Part shown: piece by piece, positions 62,762 through 64,000 of the stretch
How positions within the stretch are numbered: position 1 is the first letter of the stretch
How the letters are laid out: each line of letters starts with the position of its first letter
Source: Candidatus Ozemobacteraceae bacterium
Lineage (GTDB): Bacteria; Muiribacteriota; Ozemobacteria; Ozemobacterales; Ozemobacteraceae
DNA length: 64,000 nt
Reading direction: 5' to 3'
NCBI GenBank assembly: GCA_965140445.1
Contig: OZ223236.1
Span: 2,080,001 to 2,144,000 of the forward strand
Program-made: the position numbers and the translations under genes
The notes under the pieces: generated by a model
Databases searched by the model: none
What the model was told of the DNA's origin: nothing
The model's input: only the letters and a program-made list of their open reading frames with translations

Positions 62762-64000
62762 ATGCTTAATAAAATAATAGAAAAAATAGATAGTTTAATT
62801 AATCCTATTATTGTTAAAGAACTTCGCCAAATGGTAAGAGGAAAATTTTTCTGGGCAAATCTTATCCTGTTTTTATTATTTCAATGCGGTGTATTAAGCT
62901 TATCATTAGCCGATAATAGAAATTTTCAATACAGCAATGGGGCAGAAACTCTTACTTTTCTTTTTGGAATTTTGTTTCTTGTTTGTTACGCCATAATTCC
63001 CTTAAATGCAGGCTTTAGGTTTGCCAGAGAGCGAACGGGCAGGGGGGATGAACTTTTATATATTACTACAATAACCCCGCACTCCATTATTCAGGGAAAA
63101 TTTCTTGCGACTATGGCGGTTATTAGCCTTATTGTAAGCTCATTTGCACCATTCATGGGAATAACTTTCTTTCTTAGTGGTGTGGATCTCCCTTTAACGT
63201 TTTTTGCACTTGCCATCGGGATTTTGATTTGTGCATCTGCAACTATGCTTCAAATTTGTTTAGGGAGCTTAGCAAGAGACTCCAATGCGTTTAATGTATT
63301 TCGCGGTCTGGGAATCTTTTTCACCGTTTCAACCTTTTTCGGGGTTATGGGGGCAATATCCGACACTCTTAGATATGGCGCTTCAAGGACTTTTGGGACA
63401 AGCCATTTTTATGTGTCAGTAGCTGTATTTGTTTTCTTTGTCGGCCTGGGAAACTATTTTTTATATCTGGCTTCTGCAGCAGTAATATCGCCTTCAGGAG
63501 TTAACCGTATGTATCCAGTCAGAAGGTTTTTAACTCTTAGCTGGATAGTAAGCTTCCTGGTATGTGTTTTTTATTCTAATTATGCACATGCAAGGGAAGT
63601 GGTTGCGGCCTGGGGATACTTATATCTGATGATTTTTTCTGCTTACTATTTTGTGGCTGTCAGTGAAAGAGAAAAGCTAAGCTTGAGGGTTGCCAAAGAA
63701 CTTCCCGAAGGCAGGATTAAGAGAATATGGGCTTTTCTCTTTTTCAGTGGTTCTGCTGGTGGAATTGCATGGGCTTTGTTAATGCAGATTCTTACAATTG
63801 TTGCTGTTTTCGGTGGAGAATTGTCTGGTGTTTTTGCAAAGTTTCTTTACTCAAGCTGGGCCGAAGAATTTTTAAAGTTTGCACTTTCGGTAATGCTGTA
63901 TGGTTTGGCATACAACCTTATTGCAAGCTTCATTCAGAGACATTTTTTGAGAGATTATATCTCAATTCGAAGCACATGGGTGATATCTCTTATTATTGGT
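62762..64000 (+). CDS. ABC-2-type permease-like membrane protein, truncated by window end (absent from the ORF track)
   Basis: ATG 62762 reads MLNKIIEKIDSLINPIIVKELRQMVRG...FARER...ELLYITTITPHSIIQGKF, with many TM helices. The frame appears to run off the window. Confidence 0.85.
   Translation, partial: MLNKIIEKIDSLINPIIVKELRQMVRGKFFWANLILFLLFQCGVLSLSLADNRNFQYSNGAETLTFLFGILFLVCYAIIPLNAGFRFARERTGRGDELLYITTITPHSIIQGKFLATMAVISLIVSSFAPFMGITFFLSGVDLPLTFFALAIGILICASATMLQICLGSLARDSNAFNVFRGLGIFFTVSTFFGVMGAISDTLRYGASRTFGTSHFYVSVAVFVFFVGLGNYFLYLASAAVISPSGVNRMYPVRRFLTLSWIVSFLVCVFYSNYAHAREVVAAWGYLYLMIFSAYYFVAVSEREKLSLRVAKELPEGRIKRIWAFLFFSGSAGGIAWALLMQILTIVAVFGGELSGVFAKFLYSSWAEEFLKFALSVMLYGLAYNLIASFIQRHFLRDYISIRSTWVISLIIG

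Noticed and set aside
1..64000. CRISPR arrays, tRNA/rRNA genes, transposases, prophage genes and sigma-54 (-24/-12) promoters
   Set aside because: By eye I found no repeat-spacer periodicity, cloverleaf or rRNA-like segment, mobile-element motif or clear TGGCAC-N5-TTGC site. A tool-based scan was not possible.

Overview
AT-rich bacterial chromosome segment with about 50 CDSs. I see no rRNA, tRNA, CRISPR array or mobile element. Housekeeping genes include pyk, pgeF, a two-domain parvulin PPIase, rny-ymdB, ptsI, surE, a nitrilase, birA, valS-tyrS-thrS and fxsA. Between them lie many lineage-specific envelope and signalling genes: TPR proteins, zinc-ribbon proteins, three histidine kinases, a sigma-54 response regulator, a class III adenylate cyclase, a minor-pilin cluster and a MoxR/ABC cluster. 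Firmicute-like genes (rny-ymdB, DegS-like, YvyF-like, DUF3006) occur together with diderm-type genes (LolA-like, O-antigen-ligase-like). This suggests a deep-branching candidate lineage; Riflebacteria-like is my unverified impression. The strongest candidate for an undescribed system is the 13.1-23.8 kb locus. It holds a CxxS thioredoxin, a glycyl-tRNA-synthetase-alpha paralogue lacking its catalytic motifs, a LolA-like protein, a tandem B3-like/degenerate NucS-like protein and a membrane TPR protein, all tightly packed ahead of two kinases and a sigma-54 activator. Other notable items are a giant coiled-coil GrpE-zinc ribbon-TPR protein behind a structured leader heading valS-tyrS-thrS, and a cyclase-TAXI-minor pilin cluster. 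All family calls were made by eye from motifs; no database search was run. Several start codons were moved from the ORF track to the codon with a Shine-Dalgarno (SD) site.
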